Shown piece after piece: positions 6,822 through 14,586 of a stretch of 64,000 nucleotides of DNA. A program made the translations under genes and the position numbers. The notes below the pieces were generated by a model, which worked only from the letters and a program-made list of their open reading frames with translations, was not told the DNA's origin and ran no database searches. The DNA lies in contig CAXXWX010000023.1 in assembly GCA_963675745.2 (NCBI GenBank), positions 1 through 64,000 of the forward strand, given 5' to 3'. How positions within the stretch are numbered: position 1 is the first letter of the stretch; each line of letters starts with the position of its first letter. This DNA comes from Phycisphaerae bacterium. Its GTDB lineage: Bacteria > Planctomycetota > Phycisphaerae > UBA1845 > Fen-1342.

Positions 6822-9776
6822 TTGGCGCGGTCTGCTTCAAAACTGCCTGTATTGCCGCCGACTGAGCTCCCGGCACAAGCCGGCGCAGCGCTGATGAGGG
6901 GCGTGCGGCCGGGTGTGGTTGCGTTGCTGGCCGCCTTGGCCATGGTCACGGGCGGTCTCGGCCAGTATGCCCCGGTCTACGACGAGCCCGACGAACCGCT
7001 GCTGCCCGAGTACATCGAAACCAGCGATATCGAGATGCGCGGCAAGTACGTGCGTGAGATGCGCATCTCCGATGACCTGATGGTGCTCCAGTTCAACGGG
7101 CGGTTTCGGCTGACGTTTGGCCACCGCGAGCTGTCTGCCACCAACGCGGTGGTGTGGATCGAGGCACGTCGCACCGCCGAGGAGGGCCGGCATTACTTCG
7201 AGGCGTCCGTCTACCTCTCTGAAGATGCGGAGATCGTTGAGCCGGGCGGGACGTTTGTGCAGGATCGTGTGTTGTACGTCAGCAGCCTGCGCACCTTCGG
7301 CCAGATAGTGAAATTCCACGATCACCGCGTTTCCGATGATCTCACGCGCCTGCCGCTGTACCAGCAGGCACAGCGCGTGCGCGAGTTTTATGAACAGACC
7401 GGAGAGCCCACGACCGGTCCCGACGTGGTGCGGCTGGCCGACCTGGTCGCTTTTCAGCCGGGCAAGCCGCCGGCGGTGATCCGCTATCGCCTGCGCGACC
7501 TCGAGCCCGCCGAGACCGACGACGGGCAAACCGTGCTGGTCTCGACCGGCGGCGTATATTTCTCACGCTCCGGTGCCGCGGATGCTCCGGTGCTGGAGAT
7601 CGGTGCCGAGCGGTGCGTTATTTTCCTGGGACGGGGCGGCGATGACGATGAGGAGCTGTCCGAGGCTGACGTCGATGGGGAACTGGCCGAAGATTCCGGC
7701 GCGCGCTGGCAATCGGAGCTTCAGGATCGGCTGAACGCCGTCTATCTTGAAGGTGACGTCACGCTTTCGCTGGGCGCCAGTTTTGTGCGCGCGGAGCGGC
7801 TGTTTTACGACTTCGGCAACGAGCGGGCGCTGATTCTGGACGCGGTCTTCCGCACGGAGTTCCCCGAGCGCAACATCCCGCTGTATGTTCGCGCGGCCGA
7901 GATCAGACAGTCGTCGGCCCGGCAGTTTTCGGCGCTGGATGCCCGCGTAACCACCGATGAGTTTTACACGCCGCACTATCACATCGGCGCCGAAGAAATC
8001 GAGATCTACGACCGCACGCCGCGTGACGATCTGGGTCGTTCGCGGACGCCGGTGGCCGGCACGTTCACGTTGTTGAATGCGACGTACAACATTGAGGGCG
8101 TGCCGATTGCCTGGTGGCCGTACGCGCGCGGTGACTTTGAAACCAGTGAGCAACTGCTGCGCCGCCTGGCTACCGGCTATAGCAGTGACTATGGCGCGTC
8201 ATTCGAATCAAGCTGGTATTTATTCGGTCTGCTGGGCGTCGAACGCCCGCCCGGATACGACGCAACCCTGCGGCTGGACTATTTCTCCAAGCGCGGGCCG
8301 GCCGCCGGCATCGACGCGGACTATGACCGCGAGAATTACTTCGGCCTCTTCCGCAGCTATTTCATACAGGACGATGGCGAGGACGACCTCGGCCCGCTGC
8401 GGCGCCATGAGGAAGAACCCGACACCAACCAGCGCGGACGCGTGCTCTGGCGCCACAAGCAGCAGCTCGCCAACAATTGGGAAGCGCAGCTCGAGCTGAG
8501 TTGGATCAGTGATCCATACTTCCTCGAAACCTACGAGCGCTCCGAGTATTGGGAAGGCAAGGAGCAGGAGACGGCAATCTACCTCAAGCGGACCGGTGAC
8601 ACGGACGCGCTCACCCTGCTCGCCAACTGGCGCATGCTCGAGTATCTCACGCAGACCGAGCACCTGCCCGACCTGACCTACCGGCGTATTGGAGACCTCT
8701 GGTTCGATCCGGTCGTGCTGTACCATGAATCGCGTGTCGGCGTGGTGCGCTATCGAACCGATGACCGCCGGTTCTTTGATCACCCCAAGTGGACCAACGA
8801 TACCCCATCCAACGCGACGTTCCGCACGGACTTTCGCCAGGAAGCCGAACTGCCGCTGAAGCTCGGGCCGGTCAACATTGTGCCCTTCGCGACCGTGCGC
8901 GGTACGTTCTGGGATGAACAACCGCTGGATAGGGGCAGCCTGTGGCGCGGGTTTGGCCTGTACGGCGTCCGGGGAAGCACGATCTTCCACCGCGTCTTCG
9001 AGGATTTGCGCTCTGAGCTGTTCGACATCAACGGCATTCGACACATCGTCAAGCCGGACTTCGCGGCGTGGTGGTCGCACTCGAATACGCGCAGCGAGCA
9101 CATCTATCCGTTCGACGAGGGGATCGAGACGATTGACGATTTTCACGGTGCCACGTTCGGCCTGCACCAGGTCTGGCAGACGCGACGCGGCATCGGTGAT
9201 CAGCGGCGCATCGTCGATCTGTTGACGGTCAATCTGGAAACCGGTTTCTTCGGCGAAGGCCAGCCTAACGAGAGCACCCTCGGCTATGCCAACATCCTGC
9301 GGCCCGAGGACAGCCGCACGAACAACTACTTCTCGGGTGACGTGATCTATCGCATCAGCGACACGACCAGCCTGCTGTATGACTTCAATATCGACCTCAA
9401 TGACTGGCGCTTCGATCGACACAACGTGTCGCTCGCCGTCGAACGCCTGCCGCGCCTCGCGTACATCATTGGTGCCCGCTACGCCGGTGATATCGACTAC
9501 GCCGTGCTCGGCGGCGGCTTCAACTACAAGCTGAATGAGAAGCACATCGTCACGTATCGCAACTGGTTCGACGTGGACCGTGGGCGCATCGGCGAAATCT
9601 CCGTCGCGTACGTGCGCAAGCTGCCGCGCTGGTACGTCGCCGTAAACTTCGAGTGGGATGAGGTTTTCGACGACGTGACCATCACGGTCTCGGTCTGGCC
9701 CGAGGGCATCCCCGAGTGGACAATCGGCTCGCGCAGGTTCAGCGGCCTTGGCACCACGACCGGCATTCGCCCGTAA
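6822..9776 (+). CDS. lptD: LPS-assembly outer-membrane protein LptD (start uncertain)
   Basis: Signal peptide; OstA-like beta-jellyroll (VYLEGDV..AERLFYDF; ARVTTDEF..PHY); beta-barrel with LRLDYFSKRGPAAG, ISDPYFLETY, RHIVKP. Confidence 0.8.
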   Translation: MARSASKLPVLPPTELPAQAGAALMRGVRPGVVALLAALAMVTGGLGQYAPVYDEPDEPLLPEYIETSDIEMRGKYVREMRISDDLMVLQFNGRFRLTFGHRELSATNAVVWIEARRTAEEGRHYFEASVYLSEDAEIVEPGGTFVQDRVLYVSSLRTFGQIVKFHDHRVSDDLTRLPLYQQAQRVREFYEQTGEPTTGPDVVRLADLVAFQPGKPPAVIRYRLRDLEPAETDDGQTVLVSTGGVYFSRSGAADAPVLEIGAERCVIFLGRGGDDDEELSEADVDGELAEDSGARWQSELQDRLNAVYLEGDVTLSLGASFVRAERLFYDFGNERALILDAVFRTEFPERNIPLYVRAAEIRQSSARQFSALDARVTTDEFYTPHYHIGAEEIEIYDRTPRDDLGRSRTPVAGTFTLLNATYNIEGVPIAWWPYARGDFETSEQLLRRLATGYSSDYGASFESSWYLFGLLGVERPPGYDATLRLDYFSKRGPAAGIDADYDRENYFGLFRSYFIQDDGEDDLGPLRRHEEEPDTNQRGRVLWRHKQQLANNWEAQLELSWISDPYFLETYERSEYWEGKEQETAIYLKRTGDTDALTLLANWRMLEYLTQTEHLPDLTYRRIGDLWFDPVVLYHESRVGVVRYRTDDRRFFDHPKWTNDTPSNATFRTDFRQEAELPLKLGPVNIVPFATVRGTFWDEQPLDRGSLWRGFGLYGVRGSTIFHRVFEDLRSELFDINGIRHIVKPDFAAWWSHSNTRSEHIYPFDEGIETIDDFHGATFGLHQVWQTRRGIGDQRRIVDLLTVNLETGFFGEGQPNESTLGYANILRPEDSRTNNYFSGDVIYRISDTTSLLYDFNIDLNDWRFDRHNVSLAVERLPRLAYIIGARYAGDIDYAVLGGGFNYKLNEKHIVTYRNWFDVDRGRIGEISVAYVRKLPRWYVAVNFEWDEVFDDVTITVSVWPEGIPEWTIGSRRFSGLGTTTGIRP

Positions 9777-9792
9777 CGTCGCGCCGGGCGCG

Positions 9793-9798
9793 TATAAT
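9793..9798 (+). promoter_or_regulatory. -10 box TATAAT of a probable leaderless promoter
   Basis: TATAAT-GCCCTC-ATG with no SD; identical context at 45894. Confidence 0.65.
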
Positions 9799-9804
9799 GC
9801 CCTC

Positions 9805-10530
9805 ATGGAGTCCCTTGTCCCCGAGTTTCACTCCGATGTTCCCTTCCCGCTTCTGCGCACCGAGACGGGAGCTTGTCCGTACTTGCCCGACCGCGAGATG
9901 AGCCTGTTGATCGCGCTGGTCAGTGGTATCAGCGGTGATCACTATCGCCACCTGATGGACAAGCGCTTCCGGCGCACCGGCACCGTGTACTACCGGCCGG
10001 ACTGTCCGGCGTGCCAGGCGTGTGTGCCGATTCGCGTGCCGGTTGCGCGCTTCGTGCCGAGCCGGTCGCAAACTCGTGCCGCGCGGCGTAACGCCGATGT
10101 GTGCGTCACGGAGGGCGACCAGTGCGTTGACGATGAGCACTATGACCTGTTCCGTCGCTACCAGCTTGCCCGCCACGCGGGCCAGATGCTGGAGGCGCGC
10201 GCCGAGTTCGAGGAGTTTCTCGGCTCATCGTTGCTGGAGTCATTTGAGCCGGCTTTTCGGCTGGCCGGGCGTCTGATCGCCGTCTCGGTGCTTGATTGCT
10301 GCGCGGACGCGTTGTCATCCGTGTACTGCTATTATGATCCTGACGAACCGCGACGGAGTCTGGGTGTGTACACCGGGCTCCAGGAAATCGAAGCGTGTCG
10401 CCGCCGTGGACTCGATTACTGGTACATCGGCTATCACATCGCCGGCTGCCGCAAGATGGAATACAAGGCGCGCTTCCGGCCGTGTGAATTGCTCCAGCCG
10501 GATGGCACGTGGCGCACAATCGACCAGTAG
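9805..10530 (+). CDS. Arginyl-tRNA--protein transferase family (Ate/Bpt aspartate/glutamate leucyltransferase)
   Basis: CPYLP, FRRTG..YRPDC..C.AC.PIRV, SSVYCYYDP...SLG, YIGY.I.GC.KM.YKARFRP. Confidence 0.93.
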   Translation: MESLVPEFHSDVPFPLLRTETGACPYLPDREMSLLIALVSGISGDHYRHLMDKRFRRTGTVYYRPDCPACQACVPIRVPVARFVPSRSQTRAARRNADVCVTEGDQCVDDEHYDLFRRYQLARHAGQMLEARAEFEEFLGSSLLESFEPAFRLAGRLIAVSVLDCCADALSSVYCYYDPDEPRRSLGVYTGLQEIEACRRRGLDYWYIGYHIAGCRKMEYKARFRPCELLQPDGTWRTIDQ

Positions 10531-10572
10531 AGACCACGGGGCGCGACTGATACGTCGCGATGTGAGCCTGGC

Positions 10573-11061
10573 ATGTCAGCACGATCAGAGATCAACCTGG
10601 TTGAGGCCCACACTCCCGCGCGCGTGCCGTTGGTCCGCGCGTTGTTTGAGGAGTATGCCGCCTGGCTCGGCCAGGATCTGTGCTTCCAGGGCTATGCGGC
10701 GGAGCTGGCGAGGCTGCCGGGTGACTACGCCCCGCCGCGCGGGGCCCTGCTGCTCGCCGAAGTTGGCGGTGCAACCGCGGGGTGCGTTGCCTTGCGCAGC
10801 TTTGACGGCGACACGTGCGAGATGAAACGCCTATACGTGCGTGGTGGCTTTCGAGGACGGGGTGTGGGCCGGGCACTCGCCGTGGCAGTCATCGAGCGCG
10901 CGCGGGACATCGGCTATGCCAGGATGTGCCTCGACACACTGGCGACGGAGCAATTGGCGGCCGCGAACCGGCTGTACGAATCGCTCGGTTTTCACGACAT
11001 ACCGTCCTATTACGGCAATCCCATACCCACAGCCCGCTACATGGCGCTGGATCTGACGTGA
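10573..11061 (+). CDS. GNAT N-acetyltransferase
   Basis: DLCFQGY..EL..LPGDY, CEMKRLYV...RGRGVGR, LYESLGF. Confidence 0.93.
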   Translation: MSARSEINLVEAHTPARVPLVRALFEEYAAWLGQDLCFQGYAAELARLPGDYAPPRGALLLAEVGGATAGCVALRSFDGDTCEMKRLYVRGGFRGRGVGRALAVAVIERARDIGYARMCLDTLATEQLAAANRLYESLGFHDIPSYYGNPIPTARYMALDLT

Positions 11062-11215
11062 GCGGACGGTCTCGCTTTATCCACTTGGCAAGCCGCCGGC
11101 CGACAGGTGGGGATGTTCGCCCTTTCCGCATAGAATGTCGCACTTATCTGGTTGGGAAGTGTGTGGCGTGAATGCGCCACAGCGCACGACATGGACAACT
11201 GATGGGAATGCGAAA

Positions 11216-12460
11216 GTGAACACGAAAACCGCCGAAGCGGGACGCCGGGGTGACGAGGCACGGTCTGACTGTTGGGTCAGGCTAACGCTTACAGATACTG
11301 GGAAACTCGATATCGACCTGCACACCAAGGTCGAAGTGATGTACGGCGACACGACGCGCGCGCTGGTGCGCGATGTACTGGCCGGGCTGGGGGTTACCAG
11401 CGCCAAGGTTGAAATGGAAGACGCCGGCGCGCTGCCGTTCGTGCAGATGGCCCGCCTCGAAGCCGCGGTCCGGCGTTTGGTGGGCGCGGGTGGCTCAGCC
11501 GCTGGCGAAGCGAGTGATGCGGGGCCGACCGGCTCACCGACCTCCGAATACCTCCCCGAGTTTGAACCCCACGCCCAGTATGCGACCGATCGCGAGCGTT
11601 TTCGGCGATCGCGACTGTATCTACCGGGAAACGAACCGAAGTTCATGCTTAACGCCGGGCTGCACCAGCCGGACGCGGTCATCCTGGACCTCGAGGATTC
11701 GGTGGCGCCGCCGGTGAAAGACGAGTCCCGGGTGCTGGTGCGTAACGCGCTGCGCGCTCTCGACTTTAGCGGATGTGAGCGCATGGTGCGCATTAACCAG
11801 GGCCGGCGCGGGCTGGACGACCTTGGATTCATCGTGCCGCACAACGTGCATGTGATCCTGATCCCGAAGGTTGAAGACCCGGCCCAGGTGCAGCAGGTCG
11901 ACCGACGCGTCGGCGAGATTCTGGCGGAGCACGGCATCGACCGCCCCGTCTACCTGATGCCGATCGTCGAGAGCGCCCGCGGCGCGATCAAGGCGTTTGA
12001 CATCGCCTGCGCTTCGCCCAACAACTGCGCGCTGACGATCGGGCTCGAGGACTACACGGCGGATATCTGCACACAGCGCACGGATGAGGGACGCGAGAGC
12101 TTCTGGGCACGCAGCCAGGTCGTGAATGCCGCCCGCGCCGCGGGACTTCAGCCCATCGACACGGTGTTTTCCGACGTCAACGACATGGCCGGCTTGAGAG
12201 CGAGCGTATTGGAAGCCAAGGGGCTGGGCTTTGACGGCAAGGGCTGCATCCACCCGCGTCAGATTCAGGTTATTCACGAGGCATTCGCGCCGTCGGAGCA
12301 GGAGCTGGACAAGGCCCGCAGGATCGTGGCGGCTTTCGACGATGCCCAGGCCAGGGGTCTCGGCGCCGTATCGCTGGGTAGCAAGATGATCGACCCGCCA
12401 GTGGTCAAACGCGCTCAGCGCGTCGTGCGGCAAGCCGAAGCGATGGGGATGTTGCCGTGA
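11216..12460 (+). CDS. Citrate lyase acyl-carrier (CitD-like) fused to CitE/HpcH-family acyl lyase
   Basis: N-terminal AG..RSD.....MYGD..R.....L..LGV......EDAGAL.....ARLEAA (CitD); C-terminal RRSRLYLPGN, LDLEDSV, VRIN, LEDY, GFDGKGCIHP, MIDPPVVKRA (CitE). Confidence 0.88.
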   Translation: MNTKTAEAGRRGDEARSDCWVRLTLTDTGKLDIDLHTKVEVMYGDTTRALVRDVLAGLGVTSAKVEMEDAGALPFVQMARLEAAVRRLVGAGGSAAGEASDAGPTGSPTSEYLPEFEPHAQYATDRERFRRSRLYLPGNEPKFMLNAGLHQPDAVILDLEDSVAPPVKDESRVLVRNALRALDFSGCERMVRINQGRRGLDDLGFIVPHNVHVILIPKVEDPAQVQQVDRRVGEILAEHGIDRPVYLMPIVESARGAIKAFDIACASPNNCALTIGLEDYTADICTQRTDEGRESFWARSQVVNAARAAGLQPIDTVFSDVNDMAGLRASVLEAKGLGFDGKGCIHPRQIQVIHEAFAPSEQELDKARRIVAAFDDAQARGLGAVSLGSKMIDPPVVKRAQRVVRQAEAMGMLP

Positions 12461-12567
12461 GTTGCGCGCGGGAGCCGTGAGTTGCGCGGGGGCCATGAGT
12501 CGCGCCGGGGCCGCGAGTCGCGCCTGGGCCGTGAATTGCGCGCGGGGGCCGTAAGTTGCGCGCGGGT
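12454..12567. repeat. Six degenerate 18-20-bp tandem units (GCCGTGAGTTGCGCGCGGG)
   Basis: Read directly; the first unit contains the citE stop codon. Confidence 0.85.
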
Positions 12568-12695
12568 CACGCCGGTGATCGTGGATTAGTGTTGCGGGTG
12601 TGGCAGTGGCAGCGTGGCAGTGTTGTAGTGTGGCACTGTGGCATTGAGTTCTGGGGTTTTGGATTTCGTGTATCGGTGTTGGGCTTTCGGCGTTC

Positions 12696-12776
12696 GGCGG
12701 CGCTGGGTTGTGGCATTGGGCGGCGCTGGGCTGTGGCGGTGGGCGGCGCTGGGCTGTGGCGGTGGGCGGCGCTGGG
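12696..12776. repeat. 23-bp tandem repeat x3.5 (GGCGGCGCTGGGCTGTGGCGGTG)
   Basis: Units start at 12696, 12719, 12742 and 12765. Confidence 0.9.
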
Positions 12777-12804
12777 TTTTGGGGTCCGGCTGTCGGACTT
12801 CGGC

Positions 12805-12957
12805 TTTCAGGTCTCAAATTTGGGATTTCAGATCTCAGATTTCGGATCTCAGGTTTGAGATTTTGGATCTCAGTTTCTTGCCGCCCGGTGTGCGGCTGGT
12901 CCGCCGCGGCCGTTGCCTCTTCTCCTGAAATCTGAAAACTGAAATCTGAAAACTCAG
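12805..12957. repeat. Two heptamer arrays in inverted orientation (TTTCAGA-like x~10; CTGAAAW x4)
   Basis: Arrays at about 12805-12873 and 12926-12957, separated by a GC-rich ~50-bp spacer. Confidence 0.85.
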
Positions 12958-12980
12958 TCCCACAGCCGGAGGATCCCCTC

Positions 12981-13220
12981 TTGAACCAGCGCGCCTTGGC
13001 AGACGACGCGCGACGGGCATCCGCCGGTGACGCGGACGCGCTTCAGCGGCTGATCGTGCATTGCCACGACACGCTTCGCCGCGCGGTTGCCGGCGGCGCC
13101 GCCGCCGCACTGGCCCACCGCATCGACCCCGACGACGTGCGCCAGCAAGTCTACGTGGCGGCGTTTGAGGCGATGGTGTCGCCAAGCGGCGGCCGGTCGG
13201 CACCGGCAGATGGCGGCTAA
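12981..13220 (+). pseudogene. Truncated ECF sigma-70 factor (N-terminus/region 2 only)
   Basis: A.AGDADALQRLI...HDTLRRAV......L..RIDPDDVRQQVYVAAF. SD GGAGG before TTG. Stops after 79 aa with no region 4. Confidence 0.65.
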
Positions 13221-13338
13221 CGCCGAGGCCGGCGGCCCCTTCCGCGCTTGCCTGTCATCCGATGAGCCGGCATCATTGTTGCCGGCGGTGCCCGGCGCGC
13301 GGATCGTTCGCCATCGGGCCCGACAGCCGGAGAAGACC

Positions 13339-14409
13339 ATGTTCAAAAAAAAGCACCCGCCGGTGGGCTCCAAACCCGGCACGCTCATGGTCCACGCGCA
13401 CGCTGAGCCGCCGGCTATCAGGGTGATGAAGTTCAAACCGGATCACCTTGAGGAACACGAGGTGGTTTCGGTTGGCGAACTGAAGGGTCTGCTGGAAGCC
13501 AACGCGGTCTGCTGGATCGATGTGCAGGGGCTCGGCGATGAGCAGGTTCTGCGAAAGCTGGCCGACCTGTTCTCCATTCATCCGTTGGCGTTGGAAGATG
13601 TCGTTAACGTGCCCCAGCGCCCCAAGGTCGAGTGTTTCGAGGAACACACGCTATGCATTACGCGGATGGCGCTGCTGCGCGACGAAACGATCGAACGCGA
13701 GCAGGTCAGCATTTTCATCGGCCCGCACTATGTGCTCACGTGCCAGGAACGCAGCGGCGACGTTTTTGATCCGGTCCGCAACCGAATCCGGCAGGGTGGT
13801 CCGGTCATCCGCAGCTCCGGCCCGAGTTACCTCGCATACGCGCTGCTGGACGCGGTCATCGACGGGTACTACCCGATCATGGAGATGTTCGGCGAGAAGC
13901 TCGAGTATTTTGAGGACGAGATTGCAGCCAACCCCCAACCGGCGATCCTGCACAGGATTCAACAGGTGAAACGCGACCTGCTGGCGCTGCGCCGAGCGAT
14001 CTGGCCACAGCGCGAGGCGATCAACACACTGATTCGTGATGAGAATCCGCTCATCACCGACGCCGTGCGCGTGTACCTGCGTGACTGCTATGACCACTGC
14101 GTGCAGATAATGGACGCGGTGGAGACGTACCGCGAATTGGCTGGCGGCCTGATGGACGTATATCTCTCGAGTGTCGGCAACCGCCAGAACGAAGTCATGA
14201 AGGTTCTGACGATCATGGCCAGCATCTTCATCCCACTTACGTTTCTGGCCGGTATCTACGGGATGAACTTCGAGACCATGCCGGAGCTGCACTATCCCTG
14301 GGCCTATCCACTGCTTCTGGCCGTCATGGCGGTGCTGGCAGCCGGGATGATCTGGTATTTCCGTCACAAGGGTTGGCTTGGCGGCCGACCACCCGCGCGT
14401 CGGGGGTAG
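13339..14409 (+). CDS. corA: Magnesium/cobalt transporter CorA
   Basis: HPLALEDVVNVPQRPKVE, NEVMKVLT, GIYGMNF..MPEL signature. Confidence 0.97.
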   Translation: MFKKKHPPVGSKPGTLMVHAHAEPPAIRVMKFKPDHLEEHEVVSVGELKGLLEANAVCWIDVQGLGDEQVLRKLADLFSIHPLALEDVVNVPQRPKVECFEEHTLCITRMALLRDETIEREQVSIFIGPHYVLTCQERSGDVFDPVRNRIRQGGPVIRSSGPSYLAYALLDAVIDGYYPIMEMFGEKLEYFEDEIAANPQPAILHRIQQVKRDLLALRRAIWPQREAINTLIRDENPLITDAVRVYLRDCYDHCVQIMDAVETYRELAGGLMDVYLSSVGNRQNEVMKVLTIMASIFIPLTFLAGIYGMNFETMPELHYPWAYPLLLAVMAVLAAGMIWYFRHKGWLGGRPPARRG

Positions 14410-14586
14410 GAGAGCCAACGCCGCGCTCACGCCGAATCCGATTGGACCTCGGCCTCAGGCTGGCGATCCAGATCGGTCCGGCGGAGAATGGTGCCGGCTG
14501 GATATTGGCAGTGTACGTGCATTTAATGACGGGTCTTCGCCAGCGATAGCCGCTGCGTGGAGGAAATGATCACCATGCGACTTTCA

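Noticed and set aside
12454..12957. CRISPR array, or the repetitive ORFs drawn across this tract
   Set aside because: Units are directly tandem with no unique spacers and there are no cas genes. The ORFs are translations of simple repeats.
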